Both the position numbers and the translations under genes were made by a program. From Octopus bimaculoides (lineage: Eukaryota), in the NCBI RefSeq assembly GCF_001194135.2, contig NC_068981.1, positions 168,168,791 to 168,232,790 of the forward strand: a DNA stretch of 64,000 nt, in the 5' to 3' direction. The notes under the pieces are model-generated. The model saw nothing but the letters and a program-made list of their open reading frames with translations. It did no database searches and was not told the DNA's origin. Shown here piece after piece: positions 26,260 to 39,846 of the stretch (the first letter of the stretch is position 1; each line of letters begins with the position of its first letter).

Positions 26260-27075
26260 GTTAAGTGACAAGGATGTTTGTCCTACAAAGACACTCTTTT
26301 CCTCAATTTCATCACTTCCTGCTACCACTGAACTTTGAACTACACTTTCAGACTGCATATATTTTGTTTCCATGCAGTTTATTTTGAGATTTACTGCTAA
26401 ACTCTGATGTCCAGCTTTATCAGCATGGTCTGCAGCTGAACTGAGGTTTTCTAGGATAGGCACAATGGTGTCTGCAAATCAGAGATGAGTTTAGTACTTC
26501 ACCATTGATGCTAACTCCACATTTTCAGACAATCTCTGATCACAAATATATACAAAGACATGAATGTTGAAATCTTGCACGAAGTAAGAGCAAGGTGGAA
26601 GGTAAATAAGGATATGTTCAAGGCACAATTGGACAAGACCCTGCATGCTAATCTCTTTACTAGTACTATCCTATTTGTGCCCTTATACACAAGTGAGAGA
26701 TGAGCTACTACAAAGAATGACGAGCAACAACTAGCTATGACACAGAGTCACAGAAAGATCTATACTTGAAATATTACTGCAGAGGCACATCCCAAAAAAA
26801 GGTGATGTGAGAATGGAGTAGAGCGAAAGATGTGATCACAGAATACCAAAAGTAAGAGTTCTGCTGCGGCTGGATATATTGCAAGATTCACTGACAACAG
26901 ATGGACCTTTGCAGTTGTTAGAACAGACAACTCAGAAGACTTATGGGATGATGGGAAGACAATATAGTTAAACAATTCAGGCCTAAAAAGAGGAGAAGGA
27001 GTCAATCAAGAGGAAAACGGAAGCACATTGTGACGAGAAATGTATAAGGACATCTGAGATGTCTGGATGTAAAGT
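26260..27075. mobile_element. RTE-like LINE fragment with an inverted 5' part (minus 26260-26550; plus 26553-27075)
   Basis: Minus strand: GVSINGEV..HL*FADTIV...LKINCMETKYM...VFVGQTSLSLN. Plus strand: KDMNVEILHEVRARW...GYIARFTDNRWTFAV. Confidence 0.75.
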
Positions 27076-27429
27076 CGATTTTTAGCAAAGCAAATTAAGT
27101 CATTTATATCAACATCCCACTGCATTCACTACTTTAATAATATTTATTGACAGTTTCCACCATCAGATGACTATTAAAAAAAAACAGACTCAGCAGAGGG
27201 CTGGATTTGACCGAGAAACAATATCTCAAACTCATTTTGATATCATTTAGTCTAGTTGCAGCATATCATAAAACATTCATCATTATTTAACATCTGTTGT
27301 TCATGCTGGCATGGGTTGGACAGTGTGACCACAGTTGGCAAGCTGGAGGAGGAGGGAGGGATGCACCAAGCTCCAGTCTGATTTGGCATGGTTTCTACAG
27401 CTGGATGCCCTTCCTAACGCCAGTCACTT

Positions 27430-27635
27430 TACAGAGTGTGCTGGATGCTTTTACATGGCACTGCACAGGAACTTTTACATGATTCCACATGGGCCCTTTT
27501 ACATGGTGCAACACAGGTACTTTTATGTGACACTACATAGGCACTTTTACGTGGCATTGCACAGGTGCTTTTACATGGCACCACACAGGCACTTCTACGT
27601 GACACCATACGAGCACTTTTACATGCCACCCATGT
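27430..27635. repeat. Degenerate 24-bp tandem repeat (about 8 units, e.g. CATGGCACTGCACAGGTGCTTTTA) inside a SINE copy
   Basis: CTTTTA(C/T)RTG recurs every 24 bp. Confidence 0.85.
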
Positions 27636-28514
27636 GGAAACAGTCTAGTTATGCTATACCCACTTTCTTTCTAGTACATATAACTTTACTAAATTACTCT
27701 GTTTTTACTATCATGACTGTTGTTATCTGGCACATATAATTCATACACAGCAAAATCAAATTATTCAAATTAAAGAAAGTCTTTAAGATATATACATCCT
27801 ATCTTATCTATAGTGACTCATTGCCTCATTATTTTCATCCTTATTGATGTCTATGATATTAGATCTTCTTCCATTTAACCCCACTATAAACCAGGAAGTT
27901 CTTCATTTTTTGCTATCCACTTGCTGTATTAGTCACAACAAAGTAAACTTTTATGCCATAGAGAAAGATAACCTCTGTATGGCAAGAAGACCTTCTACAA
28001 GTAGAAGCCAAATCTTTCTCAAATCACACCCTGTTATTTTAGAAAAGAAGGATATTTTGAATCTTGTATTTACTATATCTAAGGGAAAAGACATGATCAT
28101 GACTGGAATATCTTTGATCTCAGGCTTGCTTGAACAGACCTGACCTGTGAATAAACAACAGCAACACCATCATCATCATCATCATTTAATGTTCGTTTTC
28201 CATACTGGCATAGGTTGGATGGTTTGACTGAGAACTGGTAAGTTGGGGAACAGCACCAGGTTCCAATCTGATTTGGCATGGTTTCTATGGCTGGATTCCC
28301 TTCCTAATGCCAACCAGTCCAAGTAGTGGGTGCTTTTTACATGCCACCAGCATGGGTGCCAGTTATGTAACACAACCATCAGCCATGACTGCGATCTCGC
28401 TTAGCTTGATAGGTCTTCTCAAGCAAGGTATATTGCCAAAAGTCTTGGTCACTTGTCTTAGCAATAGCAGCATGAAGTTCCAAATCACTGCCCCCTGGTC
28501 TTTATATTCACGAG

Positions 28515-28586
<72 letters not shown>

Positions 28587-29097
28587 AATATAGATAGATA
28601 GGTAGATAGACAGTGGGACTGAACCTGGAACCATGTGGTTGGAAAGCAAGCTTTTTACCACATAGCCACACACAATTTTTTGCTTCCTGCCAACTGTTTG
28701 CACCATATGCATCCATGCTGTGCGGTCTTATGATTTGTTCTTAGCTATTAACATATGTATCTTATCACTGGAGACATGTTGTGCTTCAGAAAATGGCAAT
28801 AAACTTGTCCTACTCTACTTTGCCTACTTGCCTGACAGGTTAATCGAGTGAGAGAGAGAGAGAAAGTGGGGGACAACTTGATGACCCAGCAACTAATACA
28901 GCAAAGCTAAAGCACAAGTTTGCTTGATTACAGTGCAGACAGCAAACCATCCAGTAGACTAATGGAGTAGAATTGCATAAGTGTTGCTCTTATCTTCAAT
29001 TGGATATCAGCATTTCTTTTCTTACCCCCAAAGTTCTGTAGAGACATTCAATACAAGATATTCATTATCTGTATGTGAGAGGGAGGGAGACAGATAC

Positions 29098-29170
29098 ACA
29101 GACAGATAGCAAGACAGACAGATAGCAAGACAGACAGATAGCAAGACAGACAGATAGCAAGACAGACAGA
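29098..29170. repeat. 16-bp tandem repeat (GACAGACAGATAGCAA) x4
   Basis: Read directly from the sequence. Confidence 0.85.
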
Positions 29171-29559
29171 GTGTGTATGTGCGTTTATTTATTTACTTTG
29201 AGTAATTTAACCTCGATAAATTATATTTTCAAAAGTTCCTTCTTTTACTGACTCATGCTGAGTCATTTTCTATTTAACTTCCTAAATATACCCAACTTAC
29301 TTTTTAACATATTTTTTTCTTGAAATACACTGCCTTTCTTTCACTTTACCCTTCTTTATCACTCACTGCATTCACCTCTACCCTCATCTTTAACCATCTG
29401 TTACACCCCACTCACACTCATATAAAAATATTCACTCTTTCATCCACTCCCGTGACCCATTGTCTGTATCCCCCCTTATGCTCACCCACTTGTATTTTAA
29501 GGGTTTGCTCTAGCACCCCACCACTGCCTTCCTTTTATCTCCAGCCATGTATTGTGGGC

Positions 29560-30029
29560 AATAAAGAAATAAGAATCATTAAAGTATTGAAAAAATGTCT
29601 TGAAGCACTTGTTTTGGGCTCTTTACAGTCTGAGTTCAAATCCCTCAAGGATCAACTTTTCCATTCATTTTTCAGGGTCAATAAGATAAAGTACCAGTGA
29701 AGTACTGGCCCTTCAAAATTGCTGTTCTTATGCTTAAATCAGGAGCAATCATTCTTCTTATTATTATTTAGGCGGAAAGCTGGCAGAATCATTATGACCC
29801 CCAGGCGAAATGCTTAGCAGTATTTTGTCTGTCAGTACATTCTGAGTTAGCATGCTGGGCAAAATGCTTAGTGGCCTTTCATCTGTCTTCACGTTCTGAG
29901 TTCGAATTCCACCAAGGTTAACTTATCCTTTCAGGATCTATAAATTAAGTACCAGTGAAACACTGGGTTCGATGTAATCGACTAGGCCCCTTCTCCAAAA
30001 TTTCAGGCCTTGTGCCTTAAGTAAAAAGA

Positions 30030-30030
<1 letters not shown>
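29560..30030 (+). mobile_element. Tandem/partial copies of a tRNA-headed SINE with a conserved central domain (..CCTTTCATCC..GGTCGATAAATTAAGTACCAGT..); other copies near 10150-10390, 35840-36050, 46350-46880 and 54790-55040
   Basis: The same motif set recurs across the window. Confidence 0.7.
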
Positions 30031-30066
<36 letters not shown>

Positions 30067-31589
30067 GTTGTTTTGTCAGAATACATGCAATGACAAGCAA
30101 AGGCTTAAAATGCTGTTAAGTGAAAGAAGAAAAACAGGAGATACAGTTAAAAAGAAGTAATAAGCAAAGTTTAGAAAATGTGTTAATAACAAGAATCAAA
30201 AGAAATAATCTACAAATTTTTATTTTTAACATTCAAAATCCAAAATATATAAAAATATTCAACTTCAAAGTTAGTAAACCTATCATGGAGTCTCTGTATA
30301 ATTGCTCAGCCAGTAAAATCTCACTCAGACTATCATTTTGGAAAAAAGAGAGGGACACATTGGATAATGTTGTCCTAGATGTGCAATACCCAAGAGAAAG
30401 ACAGGGTTGTCATGGGTGAAACACCTTTTGTCACAGGCCTGCTTGATCAGGCATAATGACCTGGGGTTAAACAACAATTTGAATAAAATAAAAAAGATAA
30501 AATGAAAAATAAAAGGAATTGGGCTTAAAAAGAGTTCAGTTTAAGTTTTCTTTGAGAAAAACTATCAGAGCTATAGCAGGAGAGTGATGTTGTGACTTTC
30601 ACGTTTTTCTCAAGAGTGATGTTGGTGAAGTGAAATATCTAAAAACCAAGAACTGAGACTTAGTTATAGATTAAGCTCACCTGAAATTTACTTCCACTCA
30701 TAAGCATTCGATAAGTGAGAATGGCCGAATGCTTAAGAATTTTGCTTTGCATTCAGAAGGTCCCTGGTTCCATCATACTGCACAACACCTTGGGTAAGTG
30801 TCCTTTACTCTAATCTTGACCAACCCAAGCTTTGTGAATGAAACTAGAAAGATGGAAACTGTGTGGAAGCTTAGTGGGTGATACGTACATGCAATTCAAA
30901 GAGTAATCCTTTGCAGGTACTATGCGAAACCAAGTTTAGCTAGGGATTATGTTTAAAGATGCAAGAGTCTTCGGAATACTCAACCGCCAGCACTAGAAGT
31001 ACTGGTCTACTCACAAATAAGTGGGTCATCCAGTAAACTTCTTGCTGAAATCAACTGAGGATCCAATTACACTTTGCTTTACATTCTTCATATCCAAACA
31101 GGTCATTTGCTTTTCAGGTTATCCCAAGAAAGATTCTCAAAGTTTTTCGACCTTTTGTTTCTCTGATTATTTTAATCAAAAACATGATCATAAAAGAGCC
31201 AGGTTTTAAAATACTTTTTTTTAACTTGCTCTGTAAAGCTGAACAATAAAAGAAATCCACTTTCATTGTGTTGTTCAGTTTGTGAAGGACTGAATTACGA
31301 AAGGGACCAACACCAGGGAGTAAAAGCTCAGTTTTCAATGAGCCAAATACGAGGCTTAATCAAAACAGTTTCACTTCCCACACAATGTTAATAATATCTT
31401 CAGTTAATTAAGGCATGAGCATCACAATTATTTCTCATCTCTCCTAGAGACCAATCTGAGAACTTGAAAAAATAACTACATAATTTATGCAAACAACTAA
31501 ATTTGCAGAAGTTCCCAACACATGCTTATATGTAAGCAAATGCATATACCCACAAAAATTTAAAATTATTAGATGAATAAAATACATAC

Positions 31590-31692
31590 CAGACTCCACA
31601 TAAGTATCTTCTACATTGGATACTTTTTTATCCAAAATTGATATATTATCTGTCATTATAGGAAGACCACTTCCTTCCCATATAGACTCCAT
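31590..31692 (-). CDS. DEF8: DEF8 first coding exon (MESIWEGSGLPIMTDNISILDKKVSNVEDTYVESG); the exon extends 5' to an acceptor at 31709
   Basis: Acceptor ttttttcag|GTTG at 31710/31709, ATG at 31692, donor G|gtatgt at 31589. The phase-1 end matches the phase-1 start of the 22688 exon. Confidence 0.75.
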
Positions 31693-33209
31693 CCTGATGA
31701 GGCATCAACCTGAAAAAAAGTAGATTTTCAAATGTTAAAGTATAATAAACCTTACTACATGAATATCACTATTATCATCACCAGTCATTCATTTAGATCT
31801 TGTTCTTCTTCTGTACCATGAAGCCCTGCATTTTGACCACCAATGTTTCTTAAGATTAGTGGTGGGATGACCACTGTTGAAATACACTTCATCAACATCA
31901 TCATTTAACATCCATTTTCCATTCTGACATGGGTTGGATGATTTGACCAGAGCTAGTAAGGCTAGAGGCTACACCAGGCTCCATTGTCTGTTCTGGTATG
32001 GTTTCTACAGCTGGATGCCCTTCCTAATGCCAACCACTCCACAGAGTGTACTGAGTGCTTTTTATGTGGCACGGGCACCAGTGCTTTTAACATGACACCA
32101 GCATGAGTGCTTTTTATGTGGCACCAACACCAGTATCAATTCTGCTGTGGTGGATGGGTCTTCTTGAGTACAGCAATGTGGCTGATATCTCAGAGGCCTC
32201 AGTCATCTCCTTTATAAGGGACGGTGTCAAGACACTGAGCTTTACACATCTTTTGTTTCAATTGATTTTGGAAATAATGAAGAATTTAGAAAAATAAGTC
32301 ATTATTAAACTGGTATTTAGAGCATAAATTAACATAAATTAACATGAAATTTTAAAATAAGATCACTTTAAAACAGAAAGTTTGTATCGTAGAAGCAGGT
32401 ATTGTCTGAAGTGAGTTGGTATAAAAATTCAATGAAAAATATATGAGAAGAGATTAACTAGCTTACATTGTTCAGAACATCAAAGGTTTCAATCTCTACA
32501 TAAAATTGAATCCCTGGAGAGAGATTAAACTACAATGAGCCATGTTGAAGTCACTGAAACAATGTTTTTCCATAGAGAAGAGAATTCCAGTAAATGTCAT
32601 CAAATAATATATGAAATTCTTACAATAGTCCTAAGAAGCCAAGGTCCTATTTCATGAAAGATAAGATGAGAATTAAGTTTTACTCTGGATAAAGTATACA
32701 TTACAGATAACATTTCCAAAAGATAAATTAAGTGTAATGTCCAAATACACAATGGAATTCCTATCATTTGAATGAAAGGCCCAAGAAATTACACTTCATT
32801 ACTGTATCTCACTTCTACCAAGAGAGAGACGGATGGCCACTGGATAATAACTGAGTGAATATGTTGAACAGTAATCATTTCTAAATACCTATATTAATTT
32901 GAAAGCTTCTATTGCTATTAATAAATTTACATGTCCATATATTTTCATACAGCAAACTTTTGATTCTTAGTTGTTTTCAAGAAGTTACTCTACCCATATG
33001 TGAAAAAAATTTAAAAAAAAGAAAAAGGCTATTTTTTAGACACAGGTATGGCTGTGTGCTAAAGAGCTTGCTTCTCAACTACATGGTTCTGGGTTCAGTC
33101 CCACTTTGTGGCACCTTGGGCAAGTGTCTTCTACTATAGCATCAGGCCGACCAAAGCCTTATGAGTGGATTTGGTAGACGGAAACTGAAAGAAGCCTGTT
33201 GTGTATATG

Positions 33210-33248
<39 letters not shown>

Positions 33249-33690
33249 TTCTCCACCACTTGACAATTGGTGTTAGTGTGTTTACGTCTCCATCACTTAG
33301 TGGTTCGGCAAAAGAGNNNNNNNNNNNNNNNNNNNNNNNNNNNNNNNNNNNNNNNNNNNNNNNNNNNNNNNNNNNNNNNNNNNNNNNNNNNNNNNNNNNN
33401 NNNNNNNNNNNNNNNNNNNNNNNNNNNNNNNNNNNNNNNNNNNNNNNNNNNNNNNNNNNNNNNNNNNNNNNNNNNNNNNNNNNNNNNNNNNNNNNNNNNN
33501 NNNNNNNNNNNNNNNNNNNNNNNNNNNNNNNNNNNNNNNNNNNNNNNNNNNNNNNNNNNNNNNNNNNNNNNNNNNNNNNNNNNNNNNNNNNNNNNNNNNN
33601 NNNNNNNNNNNNNNNNNNNNNNNNNNNNNNNNNNNNNNNNNNNNNNNNNNNNNNNNNNNNNNNNNNNNNNNNNNNNNNNNNNNNNNNNNN

Positions 33691-34006
33691 TGTGAGTGTT
33701 TATTGAGCGAAAACACCTAAAGCTCCACGAGGCTCCGGCAGGGGATGGTGGCGAACCCTGCTGTACTCTTTCACCACAACTTTCTTTCGCTCTTACTTCC
33801 TGTTTCTGTTGTGCCTGTAATTCAAAGGGTCAGCCTTGTCACACTGTGTCACGCTGAATATCCCCGAGAACTATGTTAAGGGTACACGTGTGTGTGGAGT
33901 GCTCAGCCACTTACACGTTAATTTCACAAGCAGGCTGTTCTGTTGATCGGATCAACTGAAACCCTCGACGTCATAAGCAACGGAGTGCCAACAACTCCAC
34001 CCATAT
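33691..34006 (+). mobile_element. SINE with a tail ending GGCTGTTC(C/T)GTTGATCGGATCAACTG...GGAGTGCCAACAAC; partial tail copy at about 9040-9115
   Basis: The two copies share the 3' segment. Confidence 0.65.
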
Positions 34007-34604
34007 GCAAAATCAAAACTGGACTATTGCTCACAAGGTCATGAATTTAGGACCATAATACAACTATTAGATTGTTTCTAAGTCTGCCTAGCATATAATA
34101 CATAACATTTCTATTTCATTGTTACATAAAAATATCTAGCTGTTAAAACATTTACAAAACATTTTGAAAATTCCTAAATTTGCAACATATTAGAATATAA
34201 AACAAGAATAAGATTACATACTTAAAACAATGGAAAATATGAAAGTGGCTCTTTGACACTGAATGTATTTCATTAAGTGCTTTGGTCAGACTACCCTTGT
34301 TTGGACACTAATAATTATTAACAAGGAATAGGATTACATGTTAAAGACATCTTAAAAGGCATCCTAACAGATGCTGCCTGTTTAGAAGGCCACAGAAAAT
34401 AGAAAGACTATTGATGTTTGAATAAATTCAGTGCAGTAGATTAACAGAATTGGTAGAGCAACAGACAAAACACCAGGTGGTATTTAGTTGAGTACTTTTA
34501 TGTTATGAGTTCAAATTTCTCAAAGTCCTATGGTCAGTTTCACATTTCATTTCATCCACATCTAAGATGTGTAAAATAAGTAATAGCTGATACTTATTGG
34601 AAAG

Positions 34605-34885
34605 GGCACATGGCCTAGTGGTTATAATGTTGCACTCATGAGCACAAGGTCATGATTTCAATTCCTAGACTGGGTGGTATGTTGAGCTCTTGAGCAAAAC
34701 ACTTCACACATTGCTCTGCAATCTCTGCAGCAACTGATGTGTGGTACACTGTGCACCTGTTCAGGCAGCATCAGTTTGATGGAGGGAGTGAGCTAATGTA
34801 CAACACATACATTTAATCACCATAAACAAATCACTTGTGCAGGTCATCCAGCAAAAACTGAACATTCATAAATCAACTTTGATGG
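34605..34885 (+). mobile_element. tRNA-derived SINE (GGCCTAGTGGTT head, CTTGAGCAAAACACTTCA core); second copy at about 55420-55680
   Basis: A-box/B-box-like head and two similar copies. Confidence 0.7.
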
Positions 34886-36223
34886 GAGAGTCCATCAATT
34901 TGATATAGAGGAGAGGAAGCTAATTAACTTAAATTTCCACCACCACCAAATGCAAGGCCTTGCACCTGCCTATATTACAAATCAATAATATTTAAATGCA
35001 CCAAAAGATGCATAACATTTAGCAATTTTGCTAATCATGTGCCAGAACAAAGTGGTTTAAATGGCTCAACAAAAATAATACATTCACACATAAAAAAGCA
35101 TCAACAGCATATTTCCGAGTTGTACTTGTTTGTCAAGTGGCCTGACACTTCATGTGTTCACAATGAAACTATTACATCATGAAAGACACTTCTTAGTCAT
35201 TTAATACACAAAGACTGTTATTCTTTTATTCTTTTATTTGTTACAGTCATTTGACTGCGGCCATGCTGGAGCACCACCTTTAGTCGAACAAATTGACCCT
35301 AGAACTTATTCTTTGTAAGCTTAATACTTATTCTAGCAGTCTCTTTTGCCAAACCACTAAGTGACAGGGACGTAAACCATTGGGAAACTGATTACAGCAG
35401 TGACTCAAATCAATTCCTAGGGTTATCTGAAGAAGGAATTTTTATATTCCGAAATATTATATCAGACTATGAATGATTGAATTATAACAGTTATTATAAT
35501 CCATTGTTATTACAATGCATTATTGTGCCATTCAAAACACATTATATTTTTACAAACAATACACAATGCTTCAAGCAAACTACGATACTCTCCTATATAT
35601 ATACACACACACACACACAACGAGGTTCTTTCAGTTTCCATCTACCAAATCCACTCACAAGGCTTTGGTTGGCCTGATGCTATAGTAGAAGTCACTTGCC
35701 CAAGGTGCCATACAGTGGGATTGAACCCAGAACCATGTGGTTGGTAAGCAAGCTACTTTCCACACAGCCACACCTATGCCTATATTCACGTTTTAATTAT
35801 TTCTTTAATAATATCATCCATTCTGTAAGAAAATAGATTAGCAGAGTCATTAGAGCATCGGACAACATGCTTTGCAATATTTAATCTAACACTTACCATT
35901 CTAAGTTCAAATCCTGACAAGACCAACTTTGCCCTTCATCTTTTCAAGATTGGTAAAATAATGTATCAGACTAGTAGTGGAAGTTAATGATGTAATTGAC
36001 TAACCCACCACCTCAGTTCAAAACTGCTGGCCTTGTGCCTGAATTAGAAAGCATTAACCCTTTATCATTTAAACTAGCTTTAAGTAGCCCAAAAATTCTA
36101 CCTGTTTTATGTTCAAACTGACCAGCTCCAGCCTCTCACACTTACCCGAGAAGGTCATTCTAAAAATAAGCAATTGAAATAAATATTGAAATCTCGCAGC
36201 TGTGAGATAATCCATGTGCAGAC

Positions 36224-36555
36224 ATGTGCAGGCTCGAAAGAAATGAAGCTAGTATGATCTATTGGATGTGTAATATCAGTGTATACACACAACGGAGTGT
36301 AAGCGCCCTGAGAGAAATGTTGGACATAAGAAGCATCAGATGTGGTATGCAAGAGAGACAACTACGCTGGTATGATCGTGTGCTACATATGGACGAGGAG
36401 AGCTGTGTGAAGAAGTGTCACTCCCTAACAGTGGAAGGAACCCGTGGAAGAGGGAGACCCAGAAAGACATGGGATGAGGTGGTGAAGCATGACCTCCGAA
36501 TGTTAGGCCTCACAGAGGCAATAACGAAGGACCAAGACCTCTGGGGATATGGTGT
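36224..36555 (+). mobile_element. RTE LINE ORF 3' fragment
   Basis: RQLRWYDRVLHMDEESCVKKCHSLTVEGTRGRGRPRKTWDEVVKHDL. Confidence 0.85.
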
Positions 36556-37769
36556 GACAGAAACTGATGATGATGATGTGAACTTCTGGATTAGGAACTG
36601 AATTGATTAAATTTGTAATATTATACATCTCGTGCTGGTGGCACGTAAAAATACCCACTACACTTTCAGAGTGGTTGGCATTAGGAAGGGCATCCAGCTG
36701 TAGAAACATTGCCAGATCAGATTGGAGTTTGGTGCAGTCTCCTGGCTTTCCAGTTCCCAGTCAAACCGTTCAACCCATGCCAGCATGGAAAACGGACGTT
36801 AGATGATGATGATGATATGAAATCTTTGAAAGATTGTTTCAAAGAGAACCGATGGTTTGAAGCAAAGTCTTTACTATTACATAATAATCCAAAAAATTCT
36901 TATAGAAAGACTTGTGGTGAGGCTCTTGGTAAGTTCTGAACCAGTGCTCTCAGATTTATCCTAGCTCAGAACCACAACCTATTATACCATCATTAAAGGT
37001 AATGTGTCACCATAAAAAGTATTAATATCTATATGAATATGGCTCAACTGATCAGCACTGGCTGACTTATTATGGGCAATACAGCAAACTTCAAATAAAA
37101 CATGGGAGCTTTCAACTAGCTTGATCAAAGGTTCTAGAAAATTTGACTTACGGTTATAAAATGTTGACAAATTCAACCACAGATTAGAGCAACTCAGCAT
37201 CCCACAGTAAACAGTTGCTTTGTTCAGTGAGGTGGTCTCTCACCCTCTTTCACTTGTTATTTAACCATCAACTATTTAAACTGGCCATATCAGGCCAAAA
37301 TACTCTACTTGTTTTATTTTCAAACTGGTCTCTCACACCTATCCTAAAATATCATTCTAGAAATAAACAACCATGTCATTGAAATCTCAAAGCTACAAAG
37401 TAATGCAAAATAATGTGAATAAAAAAGCATCACATTTCACAGAGAAGTCTGAATACTAACAGGTTAACATTCTTATGTAATGTTCATTATTGCAGTAACC
37501 TTAACTTTTTCTACTTATTTGGTCTTCCTCATTCCACCTCAGAGTATTTTAGATATGATTACTATCAACATGCTCTAGTTAAGCTTTGGAGCAGAACATA
37601 AATTATCTAACAAGAAACCTAATTATATCACCTGTAAAGATACTTCTGCCTTGCAGGGTACATTGGAATTAATTGTATAGTTTCCCACCCATGAAAGAGC
37701 AGTGCCAAAATGATCATTGTGATAAATAAAGTTTCCAGTATATTCTATCTTCCGTATCACCAACAGAAG

Positions 37770-38730
37770 AGGCAATTGGCTACAAATGATCTATAGATAC
37801 TGTTTTGTCCTGTTTGCTGTTGTCATGCTATCATCCTTTTTTTTCTACATGTTGTGTTTCAACTGTTTCCATTTGTTGTGTTTTTTTCTTTTCTACCTTT
37901 GATTTATCCATGCACCGCTATGTACAACTTGTTAACTTTGTGAAAAAGATAACCCTTGAATATCATGTACGACTCTCACCCTCTTTTCCTCGCCCTTCTC
38001 CCTTATTCCTTCCTCTTCTCTCTCTGTTTCTCTTTTTCTCCCTTACCCTCTCTGTCTATCCCTTCCCCCTCCCTCTTATTCTCCAATCTCTTTTGCTTTC
38101 CTTCCCCACTTATACCTTTTTCTCTCTCCCCCTTCCTCTCATTCTTTGGTCCCTCTGATTTCTTGCCCCTCTCTCCCATTCCTTAGTCCCTCTGCCCTCT
38201 TCAACTCCTGTCCTCCCCTACCACATGATCGCTGTCCGGTTCAGACATTGTCGTCCTTTTTAGCCGGCTGCCTTTGAGGTCGGTTACATCTGTTCTGTTC
38301 TGTTCTACCTCCAGTCTGTTAAAATTTGTCCATTTCCATTTTTCTTGTGCTAGCTTACTACACTCGTCTGAGACCCTGTTTGTTTTATTTCTGCTGTAAC
38401 TGTATAATTATTTTCCTTTTGTTGTATAGCTGATGATTAATTTTATGTCATACGTTACGTCTGTCCGATAGTTGAAAGACCCTCTCTGTTGTTTACTTAT
38501 TTGTTTTCATAAATGTACATTAATGTCTTCCTCGGAGGCTTAATGCTTTTAGCCTAAGTCCCTGGCCTGCCGGTTTCGAGTAATATCGGAGATAAATGAA
38601 TGAAACTACATGGACATTCCGGACTCCGACTAAAGAGACAATTGACTGCAAATGATCTGTGTTTCGTCCTGTTTGCCATTGTCATGCTATCATCCTTTTT
38701 CCCTGCATGTTGTGTTTGGATCGAGGCAAT
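37770..38730. mobile_element. Penelope-like pseudo-LTR / direct-repeat-bounded remnant
   Basis: An approximately 90-bp imperfect direct repeat (AAATGATCT...TTGTCATGCTATCATCCTTTTT...CATGTTGTGTTT) at about 37780 and about 38645. Confidence 0.4.
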
Positions 38731-39342
38731 TCGAGCGTGGCCGTTTTCGTGCAGGTGACACGTAAAAGCACCCACTACACTCTCTGAGTGGTTGGCGTTA
38801 GGAAGGGCATCCAGCTGTAGAAACTCTGCCAAATTAGATTGGAGCCTGGTGTAGCCATCCGGTTTCACCAGTCCTCAGTCAAATCATCCAACCCATGCTA
38901 GCATGGAAAGCGGACGTTAAACGATGATGATGATGATGATGATATATATATATATATATAAAGTGTTCCCCTGATGATCCATTATGGTTGAAACTGAGGT
39001 TACAAATAGCCACAATGGTGAAACATGCTAAGGAAACAACTGATATAAACTAGTGTTTATCATGATTCATTAAAATATACCAATTAAGCTAAACTCCCTA
39101 CTGACAAATTAATCTGTAATTTTAGAACGTTGTGTGTGTGTATATATACTCTTTTACTTGTTTCAGTCATTTGACTGCGGCCATACTGGAGCACCGCCTT
39201 TAGTCGGGCAAATCGACCCCAGGATTTATTCTATCGGTCTCTTTTGCCGAACCGCCACGTTATGGGGACATAAACACACCACCATCGGTTGTGAAGCGAT
39301 GTTGGGGGGGACAAACACAAACATATACACACACATATATAT

Positions 39343-39393
<51 letters not shown>

Positions 39394-39785
39394 NNNNNNN
39401 NNNNNNNNNNNNNNNNNNNNNNNNNNNNNNNNNNNNNNNNNNNNNNNNNNNNNNNNNNNNNNNNNNNNNNNNNNNNNNNNNNNNNNNNNNNNNNNNNNNN
39501 NNNNNNNNNNNNNNNNNNNNNNNNNNNNNNNNNNNNNNNNNNNNNNNNNNNNNNNNNNNNNNNNNNNNNNNNNNNNNNNNNNNNNNNNNNNNNNNNNNNN
39601 NNNNNNNNNNNNNNNNNNNNNNNNNNNNNNNNNNNNNNNNNNNNNNNNNNNNNNNNNNNNNNNNNNNNNNNNNNNNNNNNNATTTATTTATAAACAGAGA
39701 TGTACGGAGAATACTGGTAAGACGTTCAGTTACTTCCCTTGAATATTTTTATTTATTTTTTTTAACCCCCTAAACTTGAAGATTA

Positions 39786-39846
<61 letters not shown>

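Noticed and set aside
31694-31716. CTGATGA...GAAA hammerhead-like motif on the plus strand
   Set aside because: Stems do not form, and it coincides with the DEF8 splice acceptor on the opposite strand.
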